A DNA stretch of 64,000 bases from Planctomycetota bacterium. GTDB taxonomy: Bacteria > Planctomycetota > B15-G4 > SIAN01. The notes beneath the pieces are model-generated. The model did no database searches and was not told the DNA's origin. It saw only the letters and a program-made list of their open reading frames with translations. The stretch covers positions 86,030-150,029 of the forward strand of contig JANQQL010000018.1 of the NCBI GenBank assembly GCA_028289345.1, written 5' to 3'. The stretch's first letter is position 1, and the number at the start of each line of letters is the position of its first letter. Below, in pieces: positions 8,690 through 17,576 of the stretch. Made by a program: the position numbers and the translations under genes.

Positions 8690-10426
8690 TCATTCCGACG
8701 CCCCCTCGGCTTCGGTGAGGGCATCCGCGAGGCGTTGTTCCAGCAGCCGCATTCGCTCCTCCGCCGCCGCTCTGGATTGGCGCAGTTCTTGGATTTCGCG
8801 CTGCTGTCGTTCGAAGAGTGCGTGCAAGCCCTGGATCGCGGCCATGGTCACCCCGCTGGTGTCCAGCGCCGAGACGTGACGTTCGTCCGCTCCCAGCCCG
8901 TAGGCCGAGTGAAAGTCCTGGGCCATCGGCCCCATGTGCCGCGGCCGGGATCCCTCATTGGCCCCCTTCTTGTAGGACCAGGTCATCACCGGAAGATCCA
9001 GCAACTGGGCCAACACTTGCGCCGGGTTCACCGGTTCCAGGTCCTGCTTGGCATGGGCATCGGACAATTGACTGAGGGTTCCGCTGATGGTGACGTTGCC
9101 ACCACTCGCCACCCGCAACTCGGTGTCTCCCCCCGCAAAATTCTTCAACACGAAGTCGGTCCCGGAAGTTCCCATCTGCCAAGCGTTGATGAGGTTCGCC
9201 GTCTTGTCCTGAAACAACACGCGAACCGGGCCATGATTCCTCATCTCCAGAAGCTGACGGGTCGCCGGGCTTGGCTCGAACTCCTCGAGGTGGAGTTTCA
9301 GGCTTCCCTGATCGCCAAGCAGGAACGTCTGGCCAATGACCGCGGCCGTTCCTGCGACGTGCAACTTCGCTTCCGGGAGAACTGTGCCGATCCCCACGTT
9401 TCCATTCCCACGCACCACCAAGCTGTTGCTCGGGGCCCCGGACTGGACCCGGAAAGGAGTGCTTCCCGCGGTCGCATCGCGCAAGAAGAAGTTGATCTGT
9501 CCGCCGGCCAGATCCCATGCCTGGGGAGGAAGACCGAGGGAGGCGTCTTGCTCGAGCCGGCACAGGGGTGTGTTGCCACGAACCAGATGAAGGTCGGCGA
9601 TGGGTGCCGAAGTTCCCAGGCCGAGCTGCCCCTGCCCATTCACGCGGAGGGCTCCCTCGGGCGCTCCGGCGTCGACTCGCAACGGAGAATTCCCCGTGCC
9701 GAGATCGACCACGGAGAAGTGATCCGCTCCCCCATTCACCATGTCGTTGATCCGCAGTTCCCAATCGTTCCCCGGAAACAGATTGGTGCTGGTGTCGTGG
9801 AAGCCAATGCGCAGGTTGTTTTCCTTGAGACGCAGCGTGTCGGCATCGAACACCTCGTCGACGACGCAGTCCAGCCCAATGCAGGAACTCCCGAACACGA
9901 TGTGATCATCGAGCACCGACACATCCTCGGACGGGCCATCGTCTTCCGAATCTGCAGCGTGGCCGGGAAGAACCAGCTGCCCTTGGCGAATCCAAAAGTG
10001 CCCGGATTGCTTGGCAACAGGCGTCGCCGACCACGAGTCGGTCAGAGCCCGGGCGGCCCGTTCATTCCCGGTTCGCAACAAGCTCTCGAGACGCCGTTGC
10101 TGCTTCGAAGTCGGCGCCACGACTCGAGTGAGTTCGAACGAGTACATTCCCTCGGAACGCGGCTGGCCCGAGTCGTCCAGTATTCGAAACAGTGGCCAGA
10201 CCCCCGGCGCAAAGCGACGTTGAACATGCTGCCCGCTCGGTCCCACCACGGTGAGGTCCAAAGCGCAGGTGGAGTCTTCGGGCCGCCACGCCACTTGACC
10301 GTGAGAACCCCCATCCATCGTCGCGACCTTGGGTCGCGACGGCTCGGCGGCGGCGCAAGGAGTGCCAGAAAGCAACAACACCGCAAGACAAGACAATGAC
10401 ACGGATCGACAATGACCAATCAGCAT
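8690..10426 (-). CDS. Tail-fibre-like secreted protein with C-terminal peptidase S74 intramolecular chaperone (CIMCD) domain
   Basis: Signal peptide MLIGHCRSVSLSCLAVLLLSGTPCAA. Repeated beta-helix-like segments (GNSPLRVDAGAPEGALRVNG / GSTPFRVQSGAPSNSLVVRG / GDTELRVASGGNVTISG). The C-terminus LSDAHAKQDLEPV...WSYKK...HMGPMAQDF, followed by a coiled coil, matches the S74 autoproteolytic chaperone domain of phage tail spikes. Confidence 0.7.
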   Translation of the reverse strand: MLIGHCRSVSLSCLAVLLLSGTPCAAAEPSRPKVATMDGGSHGQVAWRPEDSTCALDLTVVGPSGQHVQRRFAPGVWPLFRILDDSGQPRSEGMYSFELTRVVAPTSKQQRRLESLLRTGNERAARALTDSWSATPVAKQSGHFWIRQGQLVLPGHAADSEDDGPSEDVSVLDDHIVFGSSCIGLDCVVDEVFDADTLRLKENNLRIGFHDTSTNLFPGNDWELRINDMVNGGADHFSVVDLGTGNSPLRVDAGAPEGALRVNGQGQLGLGTSAPIADLHLVRGNTPLCRLEQDASLGLPPQAWDLAGGQINFFLRDATAGSTPFRVQSGAPSNSLVVRGNGNVGIGTVLPEAKLHVAGTAAVIGQTFLLGDQGSLKLHLEEFEPSPATRQLLEMRNHGPVRVLFQDKTANLINAWQMGTSGTDFVLKNFAGGDTELRVASGGNVTISGTLSQLSDAHAKQDLEPVNPAQVLAQLLDLPVMTWSYKKGANEGSRPRHMGPMAQDFHSAYGLGADERHVSALDTSGVTMAAIQGLHALFERQQREIQELRQSRAAAEERMRLLEQRLADALTEAEGASE

Positions 10427-10698
10427 GATCGACTTCCCAGATGAGTGAAACAGGGAGAACGGCACTGCGCAACGGGCAGTTGGTCGTCACCCCAGGGGCA
10501 CGGACAAACGGCATCTTCCTTAGCTTGAATTCCATGGAACGGTGGGGATGCAGAGCCCAAAGCAGCTTCCTCTGCGTCGATGGGAAACGAGTTCCCGATC
10601 TTGTTGCTCGGAATCCAACCGTACCGTCCAGGGAACGCGTTTCGGGGGTTGCTGTGAGGGACTGTTATGCTCCTTGACGACAGCCTCGTTTCCTTCCA

Positions 10699-13600
10699 TT
10701 GCTTGTTCCGTCCTCTTGCACTGGGTGCATTCTCATGGTGACCCTGCCCGCTTCATTCGGACTCGCGGCAATGCTGCTCTTGGTTCCACTCGACGAGTCG
10801 GCATCTGCGACCGATTGGGAAGCGGCGGGACTGTGTGCGCCGGCGAACTGCTGGACGATGAGAGACGGTTGCCCCGCTCGATCCGGATACAGCCTGACTC
10901 CGGGCCTCCGGGGGCCGTTGCAGACTTCATGGAGTTTCCAGACTCGCGGAGAGATCGAAGAAGAACCACGGATTTGGGACGAGTTCGTGTTGGTCAGCGA
11001 AAAGGTCAAGGAGGATCGAAGAGTCCTGCACGTCGTGGACCTGCTGCACGGCAATGTCGTGGCCAAGGAACCGGTTTCCTCCGAGGTGGCCCTTGGCCCG
11101 TCAGTCTGGAATCGCGTCGTCGTCCTCCGCACGGGACCTCGGTCGCTGTCGGCCTTTCGCATCTACGCGACCAATCTCAAGCTGCTGTACCGATGGGAGC
11201 TTCCCGGAGATTGCTCGGAACCGGTGCTGCTTGGCAGAAGGTTCTTCCTGCGCGTCGGAAGCGAGATTCATGGGTACCGTCTTGGTCGAGCGGAACCTCT
11301 CTGGACCACCCCCGGCAACTTTCGTGGCGAAGTCTCCGTTTTGGGAGATCATTTGTTCGCGGTGGACTACCGCGGGCGCATGGGGGAGCTGGTTTGGCTG
11401 GATCGCGAGACCGGCGAGGAGTCCCGGAGCTTTTTCGTCGGGCAGCACGGTGGTCAGCAACCGTCGCGCTCATCGTCGACCTGTGTTTCGCTCACTCCGT
11501 GGAATTCGATCGTGCGGCACAGCCTTCCCATCGAAACGAACCTGGACCGGGATGACGCGAACTGCGTGTTCCTCCAAGGAAGCCCGGTCCCCCCACCGAA
11601 AGAGGACCCGGCCAGCGGCGTCTTGTCATTGGAACGCGGCCCGGTGCTGTGGGAACAGGGATTCCTCTCCCTGATGCAGAGTGAGCAGGGACCAGCGATG
11701 TTGATCCTTGACGAGGTCGGAGACGGACGGGTCCTCGCGTCGAAAACGTGGCACTCGGATTTCCTGAATCAGCCGGTTCCGTACACGCGAACCAAGGACG
11801 TCTTGTACGCAGGAATGCGAGGAATCGACAGCGAGACGTTCGAGATTCTTTGGAACGAGCCCGAAACTCCGCCACACTTTCGGGTAGTTCCGGGGAGGGA
11901 AACGGCATTGGTCGTGGACCGACCGAACCAGTTGACCGCTTGGCGACCGGCGGCCTCCGTCAAGAGACCGCGGTTTCATGAACTGCCGGAGGCTTCGAGC
12001 GAAGGAGCTGGCTCCACGAACTGGAAAGGCACCTTGGTGTTTCGGGACGGTTCGGTCCACCAAGGCGAGTTCACCGTCTCGCCATGGAAACCCAAGTTGC
12101 GAGAAGTGGTCATCCGCGCTCGCTCCAAGAAATCCTCCGCCTCGCGCTGGACCTTGGAAGAATTGCTGGTGGCGATCGATGACGACCATCGCTTGCTCTA
12201 TGCCGGCCCCGAGGACGACTTTTTGTGGGGCCTGGAACTGCTGGTCGAGTCACGAACCGCGGATGCCTACGCCGAGCTCGCTGCCGAGGCCGCGGGTGCG
12301 AACGACCCGGAACTCTTGGAGCGATTGCTGGGAGAAGCAACCCGACGCGGCACCCAGGAGTGGCTGACCGTCTCGCGAGCAGAAACCAAGCTCTCGAAGA
12401 TGCACGAGTCGATCGACAAGGGCCGCCCTCCCAAACGCAAGGACCGGGTGGCCGAGTCTGTCGAGAACAAAGAGTCGGAGGTCACACGCCTCCCCATCGA
12501 TTTCTTGTGGAAAGAGATCGAAGCGCTTCCCGAGAGCGCGCCCGACACCGTCCTTCTCGACTTGCTCCGAACTCTGGTGGAGCGCGAACCCGATCATGAG
12601 GGGGCCGCGACGCGAGTGCGGGAACAACTTCCCGATGACACCGAGCCGCCCCAGGGCTTCGATGCTCTCGAATGGATCGATTTCCTGGAAGCCATTCGCC
12701 ACACTCAGATCACCATGCTGCATCCTGATCTCCAGGCGTCTGGATGGGAAACCGAGCAAGCATTGCTTCAGCAAGCGCAGCAGGAATGGCGCACGGATTT
12801 GGTCGGGATTCGAAGCCCGCGACTGCTTGTCATCACTCCTTTGCACAATCCCGGACGCATCGCTCGTTGTCTGGCGATGGGAGAGCTGGTGTGTGAGTCG
12901 CTGGAAGAGCTGTTCATTTCTTCATCCGAGGAGCTGCGCGGGACCGACCGGCCGATGACGCTCTACTTGTACGAGTCCCAGCAAGAGTATCTGGGGAACG
13001 CGGGAGCATCGGCGGCCTTCCTCGAGTGGTCTTCTGGCCACTATTCCCCGACGGAAGGCCTCGAGAAGATCTTCCTCCCCACCGACAAGGATGCCTTCGA
13101 GCGCGTCATGGACACCTACGCTCACGAACTCACCCACCACTGGATCTTGGAACGTTGTCCGACCGTGACGAACCCCGATCCTCGAGCGGCATTCCATCAA
13201 CCGGGCTTCTGGATCGTGGAGGGACTCGCTTCCTTGTTGGGCTCTTTTGACTTCCGCCCTCGCGAGAAGAGCTACCGGTTCGATGCGTTGCCGGAATGCC
13301 TGGACTTGCTGGCCAACGCCCCAAGCGGCGATCTGATTGCTTGGAACGACTTGTTTCAGATGTCCCAGAAAGACTTTGCGATGCTCCCGAGCGGCGAGGA
13401 GAACAGTCTTCGAATTCCCTTGGCTCGCTCCCTTGGCCTTGGGCGGCAGATCGATCGCAAATCCCTTTTCTACGTCCAGGCAGAGGCGGCGTGCCAGTAT
13501 CTGTTCCACCACAGTCGCGGGACGAGAAACCAGCTACTCCAGTACATCGGGGACTACTACGGCGCCCGGACCGAGCGGACCACGATCTCGGGCGCATTTG

Positions 13601-13710
13601 GCACAAGCGGCAGCAAACTCGGCACGCAGGTCGAAGACTTCGCTCGGACCGCGCGCGACCAATTTCGGATCAGCGGAGCTGCCTTCGAATCTGCTCCCGA
13701 TAGTCGCTGA
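10699..13710 (+). CDS. Large secreted protein: N-terminal PQQ-like beta-propeller region plus C-terminal DUF1570-like HExxH metallopeptidase-like domain
   Basis: N-terminal signal-like hydrophobic segment. The C-terminal region has YAHELTHHW (HExxH), as in planctomycete DUF1570-type proteins. 1003-aa ORF with normal composition. Confidence 0.6.
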   Translation: MLVPSSCTGCILMVTLPASFGLAAMLLLVPLDESASATDWEAAGLCAPANCWTMRDGCPARSGYSLTPGLRGPLQTSWSFQTRGEIEEEPRIWDEFVLVSEKVKEDRRVLHVVDLLHGNVVAKEPVSSEVALGPSVWNRVVVLRTGPRSLSAFRIYATNLKLLYRWELPGDCSEPVLLGRRFFLRVGSEIHGYRLGRAEPLWTTPGNFRGEVSVLGDHLFAVDYRGRMGELVWLDRETGEESRSFFVGQHGGQQPSRSSSTCVSLTPWNSIVRHSLPIETNLDRDDANCVFLQGSPVPPPKEDPASGVLSLERGPVLWEQGFLSLMQSEQGPAMLILDEVGDGRVLASKTWHSDFLNQPVPYTRTKDVLYAGMRGIDSETFEILWNEPETPPHFRVVPGRETALVVDRPNQLTAWRPAASVKRPRFHELPEASSEGAGSTNWKGTLVFRDGSVHQGEFTVSPWKPKLREVVIRARSKKSSASRWTLEELLVAIDDDHRLLYAGPEDDFLWGLELLVESRTADAYAELAAEAAGANDPELLERLLGEATRRGTQEWLTVSRAETKLSKMHESIDKGRPPKRKDRVAESVENKESEVTRLPIDFLWKEIEALPESAPDTVLLDLLRTLVEREPDHEGAATRVREQLPDDTEPPQGFDALEWIDFLEAIRHTQITMLHPDLQASGWETEQALLQQAQQEWRTDLVGIRSPRLLVITPLHNPGRIARCLAMGELVCESLEELFISSSEELRGTDRPMTLYLYESQQEYLGNAGASAAFLEWSSGHYSPTEGLEKIFLPTDKDAFERVMDTYAHELTHHWILERCPTVTNPDPRAAFHQPGFWIVEGLASLLGSFDFRPREKSYRFDALPECLDLLANAPSGDLIAWNDLFQMSQKDFAMLPSGEENSLRIPLARSLGLGRQIDRKSLFYVQAEAACQYLFHHSRGTRNQLLQYIGDYYGARTERTTISGAFGTSGSKLGTQVEDFARTARDQFRISGAAFESAPDSR

Positions 13711-14179
13711 AGTCCGTGTAGTCGGTGTGCTCCAGCACTTTGTCTCCGTCGATGCGAAGCACCATGACAAGAGACATGTTCACTTCAAAATCTTCCCCGG
13801 GACGTCCGAACAGATCTCCCACCATGCGGTAGCCGAATGCTCCCCGCGTGACCACGTATCCTCCCGAAGCGAACTGCTCCTCCACGTCCAGGTGGCACTC
13901 GATCAAGCCTTGGGTCTCCTGCTTCAGCCGCTGCAGGATCTTTTCGCCGCCGGTCTCAGGAGTCCCTCGGGCGCCGATCTCTTTCGAGGTCGGATCGCAC
14001 CAAACCGATTCCTCGGTGAAGAACGGAGCGAGAGCTTCCTGGTCCAGGGACAAATAAGCTTCGATGTAGCGATTGGCGATGTCGATTGCGGACTCCGGGG
14101 AGCGAGGGGCGGGACTCGCCTGCCCGAGGCACCACAGCCCAGCCACCACCATGACAAGGGTTCGAATGGGTCTCATTGC
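13670..14179 (-). CDS. SnoaL-like / NTF2-like domain protein, secreted
   Basis: Signal peptide MRPIRTLVMVVAGLWCLG. An NTF2-fold pattern of about 150 aa. Start chosen at the internal Met that begins the signal peptide. Confidence 0.5.
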   Translation of the reverse strand, partial: AMRPIRTLVMVVAGLWCLGQASPAPRSPESAIDIANRYIEAYLSLDQEALAPFFTEESVWCDPTSKEIGARGTPETGGEKILQRLKQETQGLIECHLDVEEQFASGGYVVTRGAFGYRMVGDLFGRPGEDFEVNMSLVMVLRIDGDKVLEHTDYTDFSDYREQIRRQLR

Positions 14180-14377
14180 TCTGCTTCCGTCCTTACGACG
14201 CTTTCCATCCTCAACGGATCGTCCGGTCCACCGCTGGCCCGACCTGGGCAAGCTGCTCGCTGAAAACCACCGGAGCCCTCGCCGGGAACAACGTTGACTC
14301 ATTCTCGCGAGAGCTTTCATGAATCCTCCGAGCGAGATCTTTTCAAGGCCTTGCGCAGCGCCAGCGTGTGTCCGCTC

Positions 14378-15373
14378 TCACTCCGATCGACGGCTGTTCT
14401 CCATGCGCGCGAGCTGAGCCCGGAGCTGCTCGCCGACCGCCGCAGCCTGTTCGCGGATCTCGTCCTCCAGCCCTTCCCTCCCCTCAAGAGCGGCCACCTC
14501 GTCCAAGGCCACATCGAGGAGGGCCGGATCTTGGCTCTTCTCGGCGGCAAAGCTCACGAAGTACCAAAACATGAGGCACTGCTTGGCAGGCACCACGCGA
14601 GACGCGGTGACTTCCAAGAACCGGTCGACGAGGGCGTCGGCGGGTTGCTCGGCGATCTGCAACTCGGCCGTGAGGGCAGCCACCTCGATCTCGGTCACGA
14701 GCCCTCGCAAGTACTTCGAGCGTTTGGGCGCCAAACCATTCATCGAGTCCAGGATCCGCCGGGCCTGCTCGGGCTCGAGGTTGCCAAGTTCGGCTTGTTT
14801 CTCGAACAGGGTCGCTCGAGCCTCGAGACTTCCTTGGCCGACCTGTTCCGCCAGCGCTTGCAGTTCTTCCCGAGTCCCGTTTGCCCGAACCCGGGTCTCT
14901 TCCAATCCCGCCACCGTCACCGGCCCTTGGTGAACCGCGAGGGTCTCCCCATCGGAGTCGAGAAAAGCCACATGGGGAAGGTTCTCGATCCTCTTTCGAA
15001 ACGGGAGAGAGCGATGCGGCTCGTCTTTCAAGAATGAGATGACGTGGCAGTAGAGCACGACTTTTTCGCCGAACTCGGCGAAGTCACTCTCGAGAAGCAC
15101 GCTCTTCTCGAGAGCCAGGCAAGGCGGTCACTTCTCGTAGCTGCGGGTGAAGTAGGCGAGGATCAGTCGGTCCGGGTTCCGAGCCGCCTCCTTCGCCTGG
15201 TCGAAGTCGGTAAGCCACGGGTTGGCCTGCAAAAAAGCCGACTCGAGCTTCCCGGCATGGCGCCGGCGGAGTTCTTCTTGGTCCGCAAGTTGCAAGGCTC
15301 CCCGGACAGTCGATCCGGCACTGCCAAAGACGATCGTGGCAACGAGCAAGCGGGAAAACGAAGCGAGCTTCAT
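14378..15373 (-). CDS. Candidate selenoprotein: secreted thioredoxin-fold (Thioredoxin_7-like) protein with in-frame UGA (Sec) in a UxxC redox motif
   Basis: Two track ORFs (15128..15400 and 14378..15100) are in the same frame and separated by a single TGA at 15128..15130. Read-through gives ...ILAYFTRSYEK-U-PPCLAL..., i.e. the WCxxC position of Thioredoxin_7 proteins with U replacing the first Cys. There is a signal peptide, and AAGGA sits 6-7 nt upstream of ATG 15373. A perfect hairpin lies 13 nt downstream of the UGA. Confidence 0.55.
15087..15114 (-). promoter_or_regulatory. Putative bacterial SECIS-like hairpin (11-bp perfect stem, 6-nt loop) downstream of the in-frame UGA
   Basis: mRNA reads UGA-CCGCCUUGCCUGG-[CUCUCGAGAAG]-AGCGUG-[CUUCUCGAGAG]. 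The stem starts 14 nt after the UGA and the loop about 24 nt after it. This is within the spacing reported for bacterial SECIS elements, and the loop contains G. Confidence 0.45.
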
Positions 15374-15507
15374 GAACGTTCCTTTCGCTGGACAAAACAA
15401 GTACGGCGTCCTCCCCCTACCCGATGGAAATTCTCGAGGCTCACGGTTCTCCCCGCCGACTCGCCACTGTTGAAAAATGAACTGCGTTCTCTTTTGGAGC
15501 CTGAACC

Positions 15508-15888
15508 TTGACCGCCCCCGCCCAGTTTCTCGCCGTTCACCCGATCCTGCCGACCAAGGACGTCCTCACCTCGATCGATTTCTACGTGCAGAAACTCGGC
15601 TTCGAGCTGCGCTTCCAGGACTCTGCGGAGAAACCGGGGTATGCCGGAGTTGCGAGAGGAAACGTCGAGATCCACCTCCAATGGCATGATCCGTCGGAGT
15701 GGGAAAGCGTGGAGCGCCCCCAGATTCGATTCTCGATCGAGGGAGTGGATTCCTTGTTCGAAGAGTATCGAGACAAGGGCGTCTTCCACGCGAACACCGA
15801 CCTGCGTGACACTGGTTGGGGTACTCGAGAGTTCGCGTTCTTCGATCCGTCCATGAACGGGCTGGTGTTCTTCACCGACCTTTCATGA
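15508..15888 (+). CDS. VOC family protein (glyoxalase/bleomycin-resistance/dioxygenase fold)
   Basis: 126 aa with a typical VOC pattern (HPILPTKDVLTSIDFY..LGFEL....EIHLQ). Apparent TTG start. Confidence 0.65.
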   Translation: MTAPAQFLAVHPILPTKDVLTSIDFYVQKLGFELRFQDSAEKPGYAGVARGNVEIHLQWHDPSEWESVERPQIRFSIEGVDSLFEEYRDKGVFHANTDLRDTGWGTREFAFFDPSMNGLVFFTDLS

Positions 15889-15936
15889 CCCGAACGTTGT
15901 CTCGCAGGCCACGCTCCAGACTTGACCAGCGGGGAC

Positions 15937-17226
15937 TCATCCGGCGTCATCGACCAGCACCACACACTTCATCTGATCCTGGCTCCGCATGATCAGCCGT
16001 CCCTTGCAGAACGCCAGTGGCGCCCACATTTGGTGATCGCCTCCGAGGGACCCGAAAACCGGACGCTCCCCCAACAACCGATATCCGTCGGGAGATGCCT
16101 CGACGAGACGCAGCGTTCCGTTGTCGCCGTCCTGGGTCAACAGCACTCCATCGACCAACAACACGGAGCCGCGGCCGAAGTAGGGCTGGTCCGCAGTGCG
16201 CCATTGCTCTTTTCCGTCGAGCGAGAGACACATCAGCCCTCCTTTGCTTCGATCCCGCTTCTTGTCAGTCGCGTTCTCGTTGGCCAGGAAGTAGAGATGG
16301 TCCTCATGGCGAACCGGCACGTGAATCTGGGAGCCGCGCTTGACGCGGAACAGCTCTTCGACTTGGTACTCGGCCGCTTCCCGTTTCACACTCAACATCA
16401 ACGACCCGGCCCGGTAGCCCCCGGTCAGAAACAGACGTTGCTCGTCGATCTTGATTGGTGGTGGAATCGGGTAGCTGCACCGATAGGCCGTGCTTCGCCA
16501 CAGCAAGCGCCCCTCTTCCGGCGCGAAGCTGGAAAGCAGTCCTTCTTCGCCCTGGGTCGTGAGAATCAGGATTTGTGGGACCCCGTCGAGTTCGAGCAAG
16601 ACCGGGGTCGAGTGGGTCGTTCCGATTCCCTCGGTCCGCCACACTTCTTCGCCGGTGAAGCGATCCACCGCCCACAATCCCACGGACTCGGAGAGAACCG
16701 CAACCACAAGCAAGTCCTGAATCACCAACGGCGACTGGGACCATCCCCACCGCGGAGGATCGGTCGCGAACTCTTCCCGGAGATCCACGGCCCACTGCGG
16801 CTCATGGGTTCCTCGGTCAACACAGGTCAGGTGCCCGAATCCGCCGAGGGTGTAGACAAGTTCCTCTTCGACGGTAGGCACCATTCGAGAGCCCGGATAG
16901 CTCAGCCGACCTCGCGCGGGGTACTCGAAAGACCATTGCTGCGTTCCGGACCCCAAGTCGAGGCACCGAAGCACGTCTTTCTCCTCGGCGACACGGTCGA
17001 GAAAGTACACCTGCCCGTCGCGGATCGCGGCACCGCCGAAGCCAGGACCGACCGAGACTTCCCACGCCACCTTGACGTCCTGGGCCGCCCACTCCTCCGG
17101 AAGCGGGTACGAATGGTCGGTTGCATCCCCGGACGTTCCCAGGAACGTCGGCCATTCGGCCCCGTCGCCCCCGAGCAACACGAAACAGCACCACCAAAGG
17201 TGACTCAGCACTCCTTCCATGACCAT
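15937..17226 (-). CDS. PQQ-like beta-propeller repeat protein (BamB-like), secreted
   Basis: Signal peptide MVMEGVLSHLWWCCFVLLGG. Repeated W-x-x-hydrophobic beta-propeller blades (e.g. GQVYFLDR, EVWRTE, LLWRST). The track ORF is longer, but the start was moved to the Met preceding the signal peptide. Confidence 0.65.
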   Translation of the reverse strand: MVMEGVLSHLWWCCFVLLGGDGAEWPTFLGTSGDATDHSYPLPEEWAAQDVKVAWEVSVGPGFGGAAIRDGQVYFLDRVAEEKDVLRCLDLGSGTQQWSFEYPARGRLSYPGSRMVPTVEEELVYTLGGFGHLTCVDRGTHEPQWAVDLREEFATDPPRWGWSQSPLVIQDLLVVAVLSESVGLWAVDRFTGEEVWRTEGIGTTHSTPVLLELDGVPQILILTTQGEEGLLSSFAPEEGRLLWRSTAYRCSYPIPPPIKIDEQRLFLTGGYRAGSLMLSVKREAAEYQVEELFRVKRGSQIHVPVRHEDHLYFLANENATDKKRDRSKGGLMCLSLDGKEQWRTADQPYFGRGSVLLVDGVLLTQDGDNGTLRLVEASPDGYRLLGERPVFGSLGGDHQMWAPLAFCKGRLIMRSQDQMKCVVLVDDAG

Positions 17227-17453
17227 TTCCTCCGCCGACCATTGCGGCCGAGCTGTGGTCGCCTCCCTGCTCTCTCCTTCGCTTATGGGAAAGCTCTCAC
17301 GGGAGTTCAATGAAGCGTCGCCAATGGTCGGTGGTTCGGCGTCAACGGGGATTGTTCGACGTCTTTCCAGCTCGCTCCATCCCGGAGGCAAATGGGGACC
17401 CGGAAGAATCGACCAGCACTTGGCTCACGACCGTGAAGCCGAGACAAAAGAAA

Positions 17454-17531
17454 TGGCGCGCCCGAGAGGATTCGAACCTCTGACTCCCTGCTTCGGAGGC
17501 AGGTACTCTATCCAGGCTGAGCTACGGGCGC
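17454..17531 (-). tRNA. tRNA-Arg (anticodon CCG)
   Basis: Reverse complement GCGCCCGTAGCTCAGCCTGGATAGAGTACCTGCCTCCGAAGCAGGGAGTCAGAGGTTCGAATCCTCTCGGGCGCGCCA folds as a cloverleaf. Anticodon loop CUCCGAA. Near-identical to canonical bacterial tRNA-Arg(CCG). Encoded CCA. Confidence 0.85.
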
Positions 17532-17576
17532 TGGGTCGAGACCAGCACACTGTCCTCCCCAGGGGCTCGAGTCAAG

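Noticed and set aside
8594-10399. 601-aa plus-strand ORF
   Set aside because: Antisense shadow of the S74 tail-fibre-like gene. The minus-strand frame has a signal peptide and a conserved domain.
14294-15037. 247-aa plus-strand ORF
   Set aside because: Antisense to the thioredoxin-fold (selenoprotein candidate) gene. No motifs.
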